From contig NZ_BCZP01000033.1 in assembly GCF_001598795.1 (NCBI RefSeq), forward strand, positions 15,519 to 47,518: a stretch of 32,000 nt of DNA, in the 5' to 3' direction. The notes under the pieces were generated by a model. That model searched no databases, was not told the origin of the DNA, and saw only the letters and a program-made list of their open reading frames with translations. Of the stretch, positions 23,149-31,984 are shown one piece after another. The position numbers were made by a program, and so were the translations under genes. The number at the start of each line of letters is the position of its first letter. Positions within the stretch are counted from its first letter, which is position 1. This stretch comes from Delftia acidovorans NBRC 14950. Its GTDB lineage: Bacteria > Pseudomonadota > Gammaproteobacteria > Burkholderiales > Burkholderiaceae_C.

Positions 23149-23928
23149 TCAGCGAGGACTCATCCGAATGGCACCGTCCAGGCGAATCGTCTCGCCATTG
23201 AGCATGGGATTTTCAAGAATGTGCAGCGCGGTCATCGCGTACTCGGACGGGTGGCCCAGGCGTGCGGGGTTGGGCACGGAGGCGGCCAGCGACTGGCGGA
23301 TGTTGTCGGGCAGCTTGGCCAGGATGGGCGTGTCGAACAGGCCCGGCGCAATGGTGCACACGCGGATCATGCGCGTGGCCAGGTCGCGCGCGGCGACGAT
23401 GGTCATGCCGATGATGCCGGCCTTGGCCGACGCATAGGGAATCTGGCCGATCTGCCCCTCATAGCCCGCCACCGAGGCCGTGAGCACGCAGGCGCCGCGC
23501 TCGCCTTGCACGGGCTCGTTGCGCGCCATGCTGGCGGCGGCCAGGCGCAGCGTGTTGAAGGTGCCGATCAGGTTCACGCGCACGATGCCCGTGTACTTGT
23601 CCAGCGAGCCGGGGCTGCCGTCCTTCTCCACCAGCCGCAGCGGCCCGCCCACGCCCGCGCAGTGCACCAGGGCACGGAATTCGCCGAAGTCCTCGGCGGC
23701 CGCAATGGCGGCGGTCATCTGGTCGGCGTCGGCCACGTCGGCCTTCACGAAGCGCAGGCGGCTGCCGTGGCGCCGGCGGGCGGCGTCCACCATGGCCGCG
23801 CCGCGGTCCTCGTTCAGGTCCACCACCACCACGTTCAGGCCGCGTTCCAGCAGCGCCTGGGCCGATGCCTCGCCCAGGCCCGATACGCCGCCCGTCACCA
23901 GGGCCGTCATGTTCTCTTGCAGTTGCAT
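23149..23928 (-). CDS. Short-chain dehydrogenase/reductase, 3-hydroxyacyl-CoA dehydrogenase type 2-like
   Basis: Start MQLQENMTALVTGG at 23928, with GGAGA upstream. Contains TGGVSGLG (cofactor binding) and YASAKAG (YxxxK). Confidence 0.85.
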   Translation of the reverse strand: MQLQENMTALVTGGVSGLGEASAQALLERGLNVVVVDLNEDRGAAMVDAARRRHGSRLRFVKADVADADQMTAAIAAAEDFGEFRALVHCAGVGGPLRLVEKDGSPGSLDKYTGIVRVNLIGTFNTLRLAAASMARNEPVQGERGACVLTASVAGYEGQIGQIPYASAKAGIIGMTIVAARDLATRMIRVCTIAPGLFDTPILAKLPDNIRQSLAASVPNPARLGHPSEYAMTALHILENPMLNGETIRLDGAIRMSPR

Positions 23929-23950
23929 GGATGTGTCTCCGGTGCCTGGC

Positions 23951-25138
23951 TCACAGGCGTTCGATGATGGTGGCGTTGGCCATGCCGCCGGCCTCGCACA
24001 TGGATTGCAGGCCATAGCGCGCGCCGCTGTCCTCCAGCGCGTGCAGCATGGTGGTCATCAGGCGGATGCCCGAGGCCCCCAGCGGATGGCCCAGGGCGAT
24101 GGCGCCGCCGCGCGGGTTCAGCCGCTCGGGGTCGGCGCCCAGTTCCCTCAGCTCTTTCAGCCAGGCCAGGGGCACGGAGGCAAAGGCCTCGTTGATCTCG
24201 CAGTGGTCCATCTGCTCCAGCCGCATGCCGGCCTTGGCCAGCACGCGCCGCGTGGCGGGAATGGGGGCCGTGAGCATGTACAGCGGATCGTCGCCCACCA
24301 CGTCCAGCGCCACGAAGCGCGCACGCGGGCGCAGGCCCAGTTGCTGGGCGCGCTTCTCGCTCATCAGCAGCATGGCGCTGGCGCCGTCGGTCATCTGCGA
24401 GGCATTGCCCGCCGTGGTGTGCCAGCGGATCTGCGGAAAGCGCGCCGACAGCTCGTCGTTCTGGAACACGGCCTTGAGCGCGCCCAGCTTCTGCACCGTG
24501 GTGCCCGGGCGGATGGTCTCGTCGGCCGTGACGAGGCCGGCAGGCGTGGTGATGCCCACGATCTCGCGCTCGAAGTGCCCGGCCGACTGGGCCGCATGGG
24601 CGCGCTGGTGCGATCGCGCGGCATAGGCATCCAGTTCCTCGCGGCCCAGGCCCCAGCGCGCGGCCACGAGGTCGGCCGACACGCCCTGGCCCACCAGCCC
24701 CGGCGCGAAGCGCGCATCGAAGCGCGCGCCCGTGGTGTTCTGCCCCATGCGCGAGCTGCCCATGGGCACGCGGCTCATGGACTCCACGCCGCAGGCGATC
24801 ACCATGTCCTGCGTGCCCGACATGATGGCCTGCACGGCAAAGTGCACCGCCTGCTGGCTGGAGCCGCACTTGCGGTCGATGGTGGTGGACGGCACATGGG
24901 CCGGCAGGCCTGCGGCCAGCCAGGCCAGGCGGCCCGGCGTGCCGGCCTGCTCGCCGGCTTGGCTCACGCAGCCGGTGATCACATCGTCCACCGCGCCGGG
25001 GTCGATGCGGTTGCGCTGCACGAGCTGCTCCAGCACCTGGCTGAGCAGATCGACGGGGTGGAGCTGGGCCAGGGCGCCATCGGGCTTGGCCCGGGCCATG
25101 GGACTGCGGATGGCATCGACGATGACGGGAGTGTTCAT
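23951..25138 (-). CDS. Thiolase (acetyl-CoA C-acyltransferase)
   Basis: RKCGSSQQA (active-site Cys), NEAFA, GGAIALGHPLGASG and CEAGGMA. Confidence 0.9.
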   Translation of the reverse strand: MNTPVIVDAIRSPMARAKPDGALAQLHPVDLLSQVLEQLVQRNRIDPGAVDDVITGCVSQAGEQAGTPGRLAWLAAGLPAHVPSTTIDRKCGSSQQAVHFAVQAIMSGTQDMVIACGVESMSRVPMGSSRMGQNTTGARFDARFAPGLVGQGVSADLVAARWGLGREELDAYAARSHQRAHAAQSAGHFEREIVGITTPAGLVTADETIRPGTTVQKLGALKAVFQNDELSARFPQIRWHTTAGNASQMTDGASAMLLMSEKRAQQLGLRPRARFVALDVVGDDPLYMLTAPIPATRRVLAKAGMRLEQMDHCEINEAFASVPLAWLKELRELGADPERLNPRGGAIALGHPLGASGIRLMTTMLHALEDSGARYGLQSMCEAGGMANATIIERL

Positions 25139-25148
25139 GCGGATTTAA

Positions 25149-25185
25149 TGAGACTGGAGGTTCATGAAATGAATGATAAGTCTCG
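25149..25185. promoter_or_regulatory. 37-bp composite palindrome TGAGAC-N6-TTCAT-gaa-ATGAA-N6-GTCTCg
   Basis: Two inverted copies of the GAGAC-N6-TTCAT unit, 11 nt upstream of the thiolase start. The spacers are not complementary, which argues for a protein-binding site rather than an RNA hairpin. Confidence 0.55.
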
Positions 25186-25264
25186 AAATTTGCATTGAAC
25201 AAAGCGTTTTCCCGGATGAAAAACCGAGCGTAAACAAAAATACTTGCTGAAAACCCGATGAATT

Positions 25265-25281
25265 CGAGACGTTGGATTCAA
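25265..25281 (+). promoter_or_regulatory. Fourth copy of the motif (cGAGAC-N6-TTCAa)
   Basis: It ends 20 nt upstream of the GTG start of the acyl-CoA synthetase gene, just before its AAGGAGA SD. Confidence 0.4.
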
Positions 25282-25300
25282 AAAAGCAAAGGAGACAGGC

Positions 25301-26866
25301 GTGCATGACTTTCACAGCTGGGCCGATGCCCGGCCCGACCGCGTTGCGCTGACCATGGGCGACAGCGGCCAGCAGCACACGGCGGGCGCGCTGGCGCAGC
25401 GCTCGCGCGAGGTGGCGCAGTGGATGGCCGGGCAGGGCCTGGCGGCCGGCGACACGGTGGCCGTGCTGATGGAAAACCGCGTGGAGATCCTGGAGCTGGT
25501 GCTGGCCGCGCGCCTGGCGGGCCTGTACGCGGTGGTCATCAGCACCCATCTGACGGCACCTGAGGTGGCCTACATCCTGGGCGACAGCGGGGCGCGCCAT
25601 GTCTTTGCCTCCGCCGCCACGGCGGCGCAGCTGCCGGCTGCGCTGGCGGCCACCGTGCATTCGGTGGACGGAGACTGCGCATCCACGGGCCTGCCGTCGC
25701 TGGCCGATGCCCTGGCCGCCTGGCGTGCGCAGGCGCCTGCGCCCATCGACCTGTCGGGCCGCCCGCTGGGGCGCGACCTGCTGTACTCCTCCGGCACCAC
25801 GGGCCGGCCCAAGGGCATCAAGAAGGCGCTGCCGGCGGCGCTCTACCGCACGCAGGCCGATCCCGAATTCCTGGCCTGGCAGCGCAACATGGGCTTTGAT
25901 GCCGACGCGGTCTACCTCTCGCCCGCGCCGCTGTACCACGCAGCGCCGCTGCGCTACTGCCTGCGCACGCTGGACGGCGGCGGCGCGGTGGTGATCACGG
26001 CGCGCTTCGACGCACAGCAGGCGCTGGCGATGATCGAGCGCTACCGCATCACCCACAGCCAATGGGTGCCGACCATGCTGGGCCGCCTGCTGCAGCTGCC
26101 CGAGGAGGTGCGGCGCGGCTATGACCTGTCCAGCCACCGCTGCGCCATCCATGCGGCCGCGCCCTGCCCGGTGGCCGTCAAGCAGGCGCTGCTGGACTGG
26201 TGGGGCGACATCCTGCTGGAGTACTACGCAGGCTCCGAAGGCTGCGGCATCACCCTGATCAACTCCGCCGAATGGCGCCGGCGCCCAGGCTCCGTGGGCC
26301 GCGCCAGCTACGGTCGGCTGCGCATCGTGGGCGACGACGGGCAGGAGCTGCCTGCAGGCCAGATCGGCCGCGTGTTCTTCTCGGACGTGGCGCCCTTCGC
26401 CTACCTCAACGACCCCGCCAAGACCCGCGAGGCCATCGACGAGCGAGGCTGGGCCACCTACGGCGACCTGGGCCATGTGGACGAAGAGGGCTACCTCTTC
26501 CTCAGCGACCGGCGGGCGGACCTCATCCTGTCGGGCGGCGTCAACCTCTATCCGCAGGAGATAGAGAACGCGCTGGCCACGCACCCGGCCGTGCAGGAGG
26601 TGGCCGTGGTCGGCGTGCCCGAGCCCGACTTCGGCGAGCAGCCCATGGCCGTGGTCGTGCTGCGCCAGGGCCATGCGGCCAGTGCCGAGATGGCGCGCGC
26701 CATCGTCGCCGAGGCCGGCGCCACGCTTTCGCGCCTCAAGCGCCCGCAGCGCCTGCAGTTCGTGGACGAGCTGCCGCGCCTGCCCACGGGCAAGCTGCTG
26801 CGCCGCGTGCTCAAGGACAGGCTGCGCGAGCAGCCCCACGCGGGCTTCAACCTGCGCAGCGCCTGA
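25301..26866 (+). CDS. AMP-dependent acyl-CoA synthetase/ligase
   Basis: GTG start with AAGGAGA 5 nt upstream. Motifs LLYSSGTTGRPKGI (AMP-binding motif I), YGDLG and PRLPTGKLLRR. Confidence 0.9.
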   Translation: MHDFHSWADARPDRVALTMGDSGQQHTAGALAQRSREVAQWMAGQGLAAGDTVAVLMENRVEILELVLAARLAGLYAVVISTHLTAPEVAYILGDSGARHVFASAATAAQLPAALAATVHSVDGDCASTGLPSLADALAAWRAQAPAPIDLSGRPLGRDLLYSSGTTGRPKGIKKALPAALYRTQADPEFLAWQRNMGFDADAVYLSPAPLYHAAPLRYCLRTLDGGGAVVITARFDAQQALAMIERYRITHSQWVPTMLGRLLQLPEEVRRGYDLSSHRCAIHAAAPCPVAVKQALLDWWGDILLEYYAGSEGCGITLINSAEWRRRPGSVGRASYGRLRIVGDDGQELPAGQIGRVFFSDVAPFAYLNDPAKTREAIDERGWATYGDLGHVDEEGYLFLSDRRADLILSGGVNLYPQEIENALATHPAVQEVAVVGVPEPDFGEQPMAVVVLRQGHAASAEMARAIVAEAGATLSRLKRPQRLQFVDELPRLPTGKLLRRVLKDRLREQPHAGFNLRSA

Positions 26867-26914
26867 ACGGCCCTTCACCGTCTTTCCTCACCGACAACCA
26901 CCGGATACCGACCC

Positions 26915-28057
26915 ATGCAAGACCTGACCGAGCGCTCCGTCTACCGCGAAGACCATGAACAGTTCCGCGAGCAGGCCCGCCGCTTCTTCGAGCGCGAGAT
27001 CGTGCCCCACCATGCCGAATGGGAGCGCCAGGGCATCGTGCCCAAGGAGGTCTGGCGCAAGGCCGGGCGCGAGGGCCTGCTCAACCCCATGCTGCCCGAG
27101 CCCTACGGCGGCGGCGGCGACTTCGGCCATGCGGCCGTGCTGCTGGAGGAGATCGCGCGCACGGGCGCCAGCGGGCTGGGCTTTCCGCTGCATTCGGACA
27201 TCGTCGCACCCTACATCCATGCCTACGGCAGCAAGGCGCAGAAGGACCGCTGGCTGCCGCGCATGGCCGCAGGCGAGCTGATCGGCGCCATCGCCATGAC
27301 CGAGCCCGGCGCGGGCAGCGACCTGAAATCCGTGCGCACCACGGCGCGGCGCGAGGGCGACCACTACGTGCTCAACGGCCAGAAGACCTTCATCACCAAC
27401 GGCATCAATTCGGAGCTGGTCATCGTCGTCGCCAAGACCGCGCCCGAGATGGGTGCCAAGGGCGTGTCCCTGATCGTGGTCGAGGACGGCATGCCCGGCT
27501 TCTCCAAGGGCCGCAAGCTCGAGAAGATCGGCCTCATGGCGCAGGACACCTCGGAGCTGTTCTTCGACAACGTGCGCGTGCCGGCCGACCACCTGCTGGG
27601 CGAGGAGAACGCGGGCTTCAGGTATCTGATGCACGAACTGGCCCAGGAGCGCCTGGTGGTGGCCGTGCGCGCCGCCGCGTCCATCGAGGCCTTTTTGCAC
27701 AAGACCATTGCCTACACGCGCGAGCGCAAGGCCTTCGGCCAGCCGGTGTTCGACTTCCAGAACACGCGCTTCAAGCTGGCCGAGGCCAAGGCCCAGGCCA
27801 CCATGCTGCGCGTCTTCGTGGACGACTGCATCGCCCTGCACCTGCGCCGCGCGCTCGCCCCCGACCGCGCCGCCATGGTCAAGCTCAATGCCACGGCGCT
27901 GCAAAACCGCCTGCTCGACGAATTCCTGCAACTGCACGGCGGCTACGGCTACATGACCGAATACCAGATCGGCCGCGCCTGGACCGATGCGCGCATAGGG
28001 CGCATCTACGGGGGGAGCGACGAGATCATGAAGGAGATCATCGCAAGGACACTGTGA
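26915..28057 (+). CDS. Acyl-CoA dehydrogenase
   Basis: AMTEPGAGSDL, GQKTFITNG and the C-terminal YGGSDEIMKEIIAR, which is typical of ACADs. Confidence 0.9.
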   Translation: MQDLTERSVYREDHEQFREQARRFFEREIVPHHAEWERQGIVPKEVWRKAGREGLLNPMLPEPYGGGGDFGHAAVLLEEIARTGASGLGFPLHSDIVAPYIHAYGSKAQKDRWLPRMAAGELIGAIAMTEPGAGSDLKSVRTTARREGDHYVLNGQKTFITNGINSELVIVVAKTAPEMGAKGVSLIVVEDGMPGFSKGRKLEKIGLMAQDTSELFFDNVRVPADHLLGEENAGFRYLMHELAQERLVVAVRAAASIEAFLHKTIAYTRERKAFGQPVFDFQNTRFKLAEAKAQATMLRVFVDDCIALHLRRALAPDRAAMVKLNATALQNRLLDEFLQLHGGYGYMTEYQIGRAWTDARIGRIYGGSDEIMKEIIARTL

Positions 28058-28325
28058 ACCCCTGAGCGGCTGCGCGGGCGTGCGGCGCCCTGATCCGGGG
28101 GCGGCCAGCCGGGGCGATGTGTGGCGGCAGCACATCATGAAGGCCCTTGCTCCGGCCGCTTGTCCTAGGCTTTTCCCAAGCCCGTTCCGGGTGGGAGAGC
28201 CGGCAACTTCCCTTTGGCAATCCTATTTTTCGGCAGAAACTGGAATTTCCATGGGGCGGCTCATTCTTCCATGATCTTTCCATATCGAAAGACCGGGAGG
28301 GCGCCCCGACAGGGCGCGAGCACCA

Positions 28326-30704
28326 ATGACACGCCGAGTCACCATCCATACGCCATTGGGCGATGAACTGCATTTCCGTGAATTGCGCGGCCAGGAAAAC
28401 ATCAGCCAGCTCTTCAACCTCGATGTGGAAATGCTCAGCGAAAGCGAAAGCATCGATCCCAAGGCCCTACTGGGCAAAAACGCCACCATAGAAATAGAAA
28501 CCCAGGGCGGTGGCAGGCGCTTCATCGACGGCATCGTCACCCGCTTTGGCATGCAGGGCCAGGACCACCGCCACTACGCCTACAAGGCGCGCCTGAGCCC
28601 CTGGCTGTGGCTGGCCACGCGCAAGAGCGACTTTCGCATCTTCCAGAACCAGACCGTGCCCGACATCATCGAGCAGGTATTGGGCGTCTATGGCCATCCC
28701 CTGCAAAAGAAACTCACGCGCGCCTATCGCAGCTGGGACTATTGCGTTCAATACAACGAAAGCGATTGCGACTTTGTCTCGCGATTGATGGAGCACGAAG
28801 GCATCTACTACCACTTCGCGCATGCCATGGGAGAACACACCCTGGTGCTGTGCGACGACATCATTGCCTCGCATGGCGCATTGCCAGGCGGCGAATCCAT
28901 TCCCTTCTATCCCCCCGAAAAAGCCGCTGCAGGCGACCAGGAAAACATCCACGCCTGGCAGCTGGAGCAGGAAATCAAATCGGGCCGCCATTACAGCGAC
29001 GACTACGACTTCAAGAAGCCCCGGGCCGACCTCACCCACCTGCGGCGCGACCCACCAGGCCATGCGCACGACGGCCATGAAACCTACGAATGGCCGGGCG
29101 GCTACACGGAGTACGGCGATGGAGAGGCCTACATCCGCGTGCGCCTGAAGGAAAGCCTCACGGGCCAAAGCCGGGTGCGGGGCCAGTCCTGCCACCGGGC
29201 GCTGGCCACGGGCTACACCTTCAGCCTCTGCAACTACCCGCGCGGCGACCAGAACCAGCAGTACCTGATCACCGGCCTGAGCTACCACCTGAAAGAAAAC
29301 CCTCGCGTCAGCGCGATCACCAGCGTACGTGGCGTCCCATCCGCACCGAGTGCCCGGGACGGCGCCAAGGAAGAAGGCTCCTTCCAGCGCTACGAGTTGC
29401 AGGCCCAGCCCACGAGTCTTGCCTACACCCCTGCACGCACCACGCCCAAGCCGCGCACCACCGGCCCGCAGACCGCCGTCGTCGTGGGCCCTGCTGGGCA
29501 GGAGATATGGACCGACGAATACGGCCGCATCAAGGTGCAGTTCCACTGGGACCGCCTGGGCAAGAAGGACCAGAACTCCGGCTGCTGGATACGTGTTGCC
29601 ACCCAATGGGCGGGCACAGGCTTTGGCGTTATCTCCATCCCGCGCATCGGCATGGAAGTCATCGTGGACTTCCTCAATGGCGACCCCGACTACCCCATCG
29701 TCACGGGCTGCGTCTACAACGCGGCCAACATGCCGCCCTGGGCGCTGCCTGCCAATGCCACGCAATCGGGCATCAAGACGCGGTCGAGCAAGGGCGGCGC
29801 ACCGGGCGCGGGCATGAAGAACGGCCCGGGCGACGCCAATGCCATCCGCTTCGAGGACAAGGCCGGGCAAGAACAGCTGTGGCTGCATGCGCAAAAGGAC
29901 CAGCTCACCGAAGTCGAGAACGACGAGGACAAATGGGTGGGCAACGACCGGCGCAAGACCGTGGACCGGGACGAGACCAACGTCATCCACCGGGACCGCA
30001 CGGAGACCGTGGGCCGCAACGAGAAGATCGACGTGCACGGCTGGCGCACGGAGGTGGTGGACCTGGACGAGACCCTCACCGTCCACCAGAACCGCACGCG
30101 CACGGTGGACCTGGATGAAAGCATCCGCATCTGCAAGAACCGCACGAAAACCGTGGATGCCAATGGGCGCGACAGCATCGGCCGCAACTGGACCTTGGCC
30201 ACGGGGCGCATGAAATCCGAAACCGTGGGCATCGGCTACACGCAGGGCACGGGCCTGTTCAAGATGGTCACCGTGGGGTGTGCCTACAACCTCAACGTGG
30301 GCGCGGTGCTGATGAGCAACGTGGGTGTCCTGCGAAGCGACAGCGTGGGGATGGACTGGAGCCGGACCGTGGGGCGCAATCGCAGCGCGCAGGTTGGCAA
30401 CGATGAAGGCCTCGTCGTGGGCCACAACCGCAGCAGCACCATCCAGAACAATGACAGCACCGAGGTAGGGCAGGACCAGTCGGTCAACGTCGGCAACGAC
30501 CACGCGCTGCGGGTGGGCGCCAACAGCCTGCTCGATGCGGGCGGACAGCTGGCCCTGGCGGCGGGCACCACGCTGACGGTCGATGGGCAACAGGTCATCG
30601 TCACCGGCACCCAAAGCATCCGGCTGCAGTCGGGGGCGAGCTCCATCGAGATCTCTGCGGCCATGGTCGAGATCAAGTCGCCGCTGGTGAAGATCAACTG
30701 CTGA
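28326..30704 (+). CDS. vgrG: Type VI secretion system spike protein VgrG (TssI), no C-terminal effector domain evident
   Basis: The N-terminus has the typical VgrG opening (TIHTPLGDELHFRELRGQENISQLFNLDVEML). A gp27/gp44-like core is present (YCVQYNESDCDFVSRLMEHEGIYYHF), followed by a gp5 OB segment (RVATQWAGTGFGVISIPRIGMEVIVDFLNGDPDYPIVTGCVYN) and C-terminal beta-helix repeats. Confidence 0.93.
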   Translation: MTRRVTIHTPLGDELHFRELRGQENISQLFNLDVEMLSESESIDPKALLGKNATIEIETQGGGRRFIDGIVTRFGMQGQDHRHYAYKARLSPWLWLATRKSDFRIFQNQTVPDIIEQVLGVYGHPLQKKLTRAYRSWDYCVQYNESDCDFVSRLMEHEGIYYHFAHAMGEHTLVLCDDIIASHGALPGGESIPFYPPEKAAAGDQENIHAWQLEQEIKSGRHYSDDYDFKKPRADLTHLRRDPPGHAHDGHETYEWPGGYTEYGDGEAYIRVRLKESLTGQSRVRGQSCHRALATGYTFSLCNYPRGDQNQQYLITGLSYHLKENPRVSAITSVRGVPSAPSARDGAKEEGSFQRYELQAQPTSLAYTPARTTPKPRTTGPQTAVVVGPAGQEIWTDEYGRIKVQFHWDRLGKKDQNSGCWIRVATQWAGTGFGVISIPRIGMEVIVDFLNGDPDYPIVTGCVYNAANMPPWALPANATQSGIKTRSSKGGAPGAGMKNGPGDANAIRFEDKAGQEQLWLHAQKDQLTEVENDEDKWVGNDRRKTVDRDETNVIHRDRTETVGRNEKIDVHGWRTEVVDLDETLTVHQNRTRTVDLDESIRICKNRTKTVDANGRDSIGRNWTLATGRMKSETVGIGYTQGTGLFKMVTVGCAYNLNVGAVLMSNVGVLRSDSVGMDWSRTVGRNRSAQVGNDEGLVVGHNRSSTIQNNDSTEVGQDQSVNVGNDHALRVGANSLLDAGGQLALAAGTTLTVDGQQVIVTGTQSIRLQSGASSIEISAAMVEIKSPLVKINC

Positions 30705-30719
30705 ACCCGGGGCACTCGC

Positions 30720-31061
30720 ATGGGACAACCTGCAGCAAGAGTGGGCGACATGCATGCCTGCCCCGCCCACGGGGGCGGGGCCATTCTCTCCGGCCAGGCC
30801 AATGTGCTCATCGGCGGCATGCCGGCGGCCAGGGTCACGGACAAGGCGCTGTGCCCCCGTTCACCGCCCGATGCCCTGGCCGAAGGCGAAGCCACGGTAC
30901 TGATCGGTGGCAGGCCCGCGGCCCGCATGGGGGACAGGACCGTGCACGGCGGCGTGGTCGTCTCGGGCTGCACCACCGTCTGGATCGGTGCGAATGCGGG
31001 CCGGTGCCTGGCCGAAGCCGCGCAATCGGGGGCCGCCTTCGTGTCGGCCATGGAGGACTGA
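30720..31061 (+). CDS. PAAR-domain protein (T6SS spike tip)
   Basis: Three PAAR motifs: QPAARVGD, MPAARVTD and RPAARMGD. Length is 113 aa. Starts 15 nt after the vgrG stop. Confidence 0.9.
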   Translation: MGQPAARVGDMHACPAHGGGAILSGQANVLIGGMPAARVTDKALCPRSPPDALAEGEATVLIGGRPAARMGDRTVHGGVVVSGCTTVWIGANAGRCLAEAAQSGAAFVSAMED

Positions 31062-31067
31062 ATCGCC

Positions 31068-31676
31068 ATGCCGAAGCTCAACCCGCCCGCCCTCTGCCTT
31101 CCCGGAGCTCTCCAAATGGCCCGCCGGGCCGTGCTGCAAAAGACTGCGGCGACTTATGACGGCCTGCTCTACGCCGTCGTGGACGCGGCGGCGGATGAGC
31201 ACCTGCATGACGCCCTCCTGGCCGAGCCGCCGCAGTCCGGCATCACCTGCCTGTATGACGGAATGCCCGCCGCCCGCTATGCGCGCTACGCGCCCTATCT
31301 GCTGCGGGTGCATGCAGGCAGCCCCCTGTTCCAGCGCTGGCCGCTGGAGGGCTGGCAGGCGCACTGGGGCATTTTCCTGATCAGCCGGCTGCCGGCCCCT
31401 GCGCTCAAGCGCCATCTCAAGCGGTTTCTGCAGGCCAGGGGAGACGGCGGCCAGCGGCTGTGGCTGCGCTTTTACGACCCGCGCGTGCTGCCTCGCCTGC
31501 TGGCGCAGTTCGACCCGGCGCATCTGGGGGACTGGTTCCACGGCCACAGCATCCTCGCCTGCCTGGCACCGCATCCCGAGGGGATCTGGGTCGGCTTGGC
31601 GCAGCGCAAGTTTCTGGACCACGTCACAGGCCTGGCGCGCCTGGACAACAGGCAATGGGAGGTGTCTTCGCCATGA
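31068..31676 (+). CDS. DUF4123-family T6SS effector adaptor/chaperone (Tap-1/TEC-like)
   Basis: LYAVVDAAADEHL, APYLLRV and LRFYDPRVLPRLL match my memory of the DUF4123 pattern. GGAGGA lies 10 nt upstream of the ATG. Confidence 0.75.
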   Translation: MPKLNPPALCLPGALQMARRAVLQKTAATYDGLLYAVVDAAADEHLHDALLAEPPQSGITCLYDGMPAARYARYAPYLLRVHAGSPLFQRWPLEGWQAHWGIFLISRLPAPALKRHLKRFLQARGDGGQRLWLRFYDPRVLPRLLAQFDPAHLGDWFHGHSILACLAPHPEGIWVGLAQRKFLDHVTGLARLDNRQWEVSSP

Positions 31677-31984
31677 TGGAAATTTCAACCCTGGAAATGC
31701 AGCGCACGCTGCGCCGCAACCTGGTGCCCAGCGAGGGAGGGATTGCCGCCATCGTGCGGCAGACCTGCCATCTCAGCGAGCAGGATTGGCCGCATGACAG
31801 GCTGCTGGCCCATACCCGGCGAGGCCTTGACCGCGCGGTGGGCTGGGGCCTGTCGACGCCGGACGATGTCATCGGCTTCCTGGCCTTGCGCCACCAGTTT
31901 GGCGAGCGCTTCGACGAGTTTCCCCGCCGTGTGCAAGTTTTCTCTCGCGCACCGACCTGCCGTCTGACGGACGCATCCAGCTGA
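31673..31984 (+). CDS. Hypothetical protein (103 aa) translationally coupled to the DUF4123 gene
   Basis: The ATG at 31673 overlaps the upstream stop (ATGA), with GGGAGG 10 nt upstream. No domain recognised. Its own stop overlaps another ATG at 31984 (TGATG), which opens an ORF running off the window. Confidence 0.45.
   Translation: MMEISTLEMQRTLRRNLVPSEGGIAAIVRQTCHLSEQDWPHDRLLAHTRRGLDRAVGWGLSTPDDVIGFLALRHQFGERFDEFPRRVQVFSRAPTCRLTDASS

Noticed and set aside
28215-28230. TGGCAA-N5-TTTTT upstream of vgrG, as a possible sigma-54 promoter.
   Set aside because: The -12 GC dinucleotide is absent, and only the -24 half resembles the consensus.
28080-28373. Small ORFs in the ACAD-to-vgrG gap (64 aa and 60 aa on the plus strand, 111 aa on the minus strand).
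   Set aside because: They have no SD, mutually overlap, and show no motif or neighbour-like codon bias. The region is more likely a promoter or leader.
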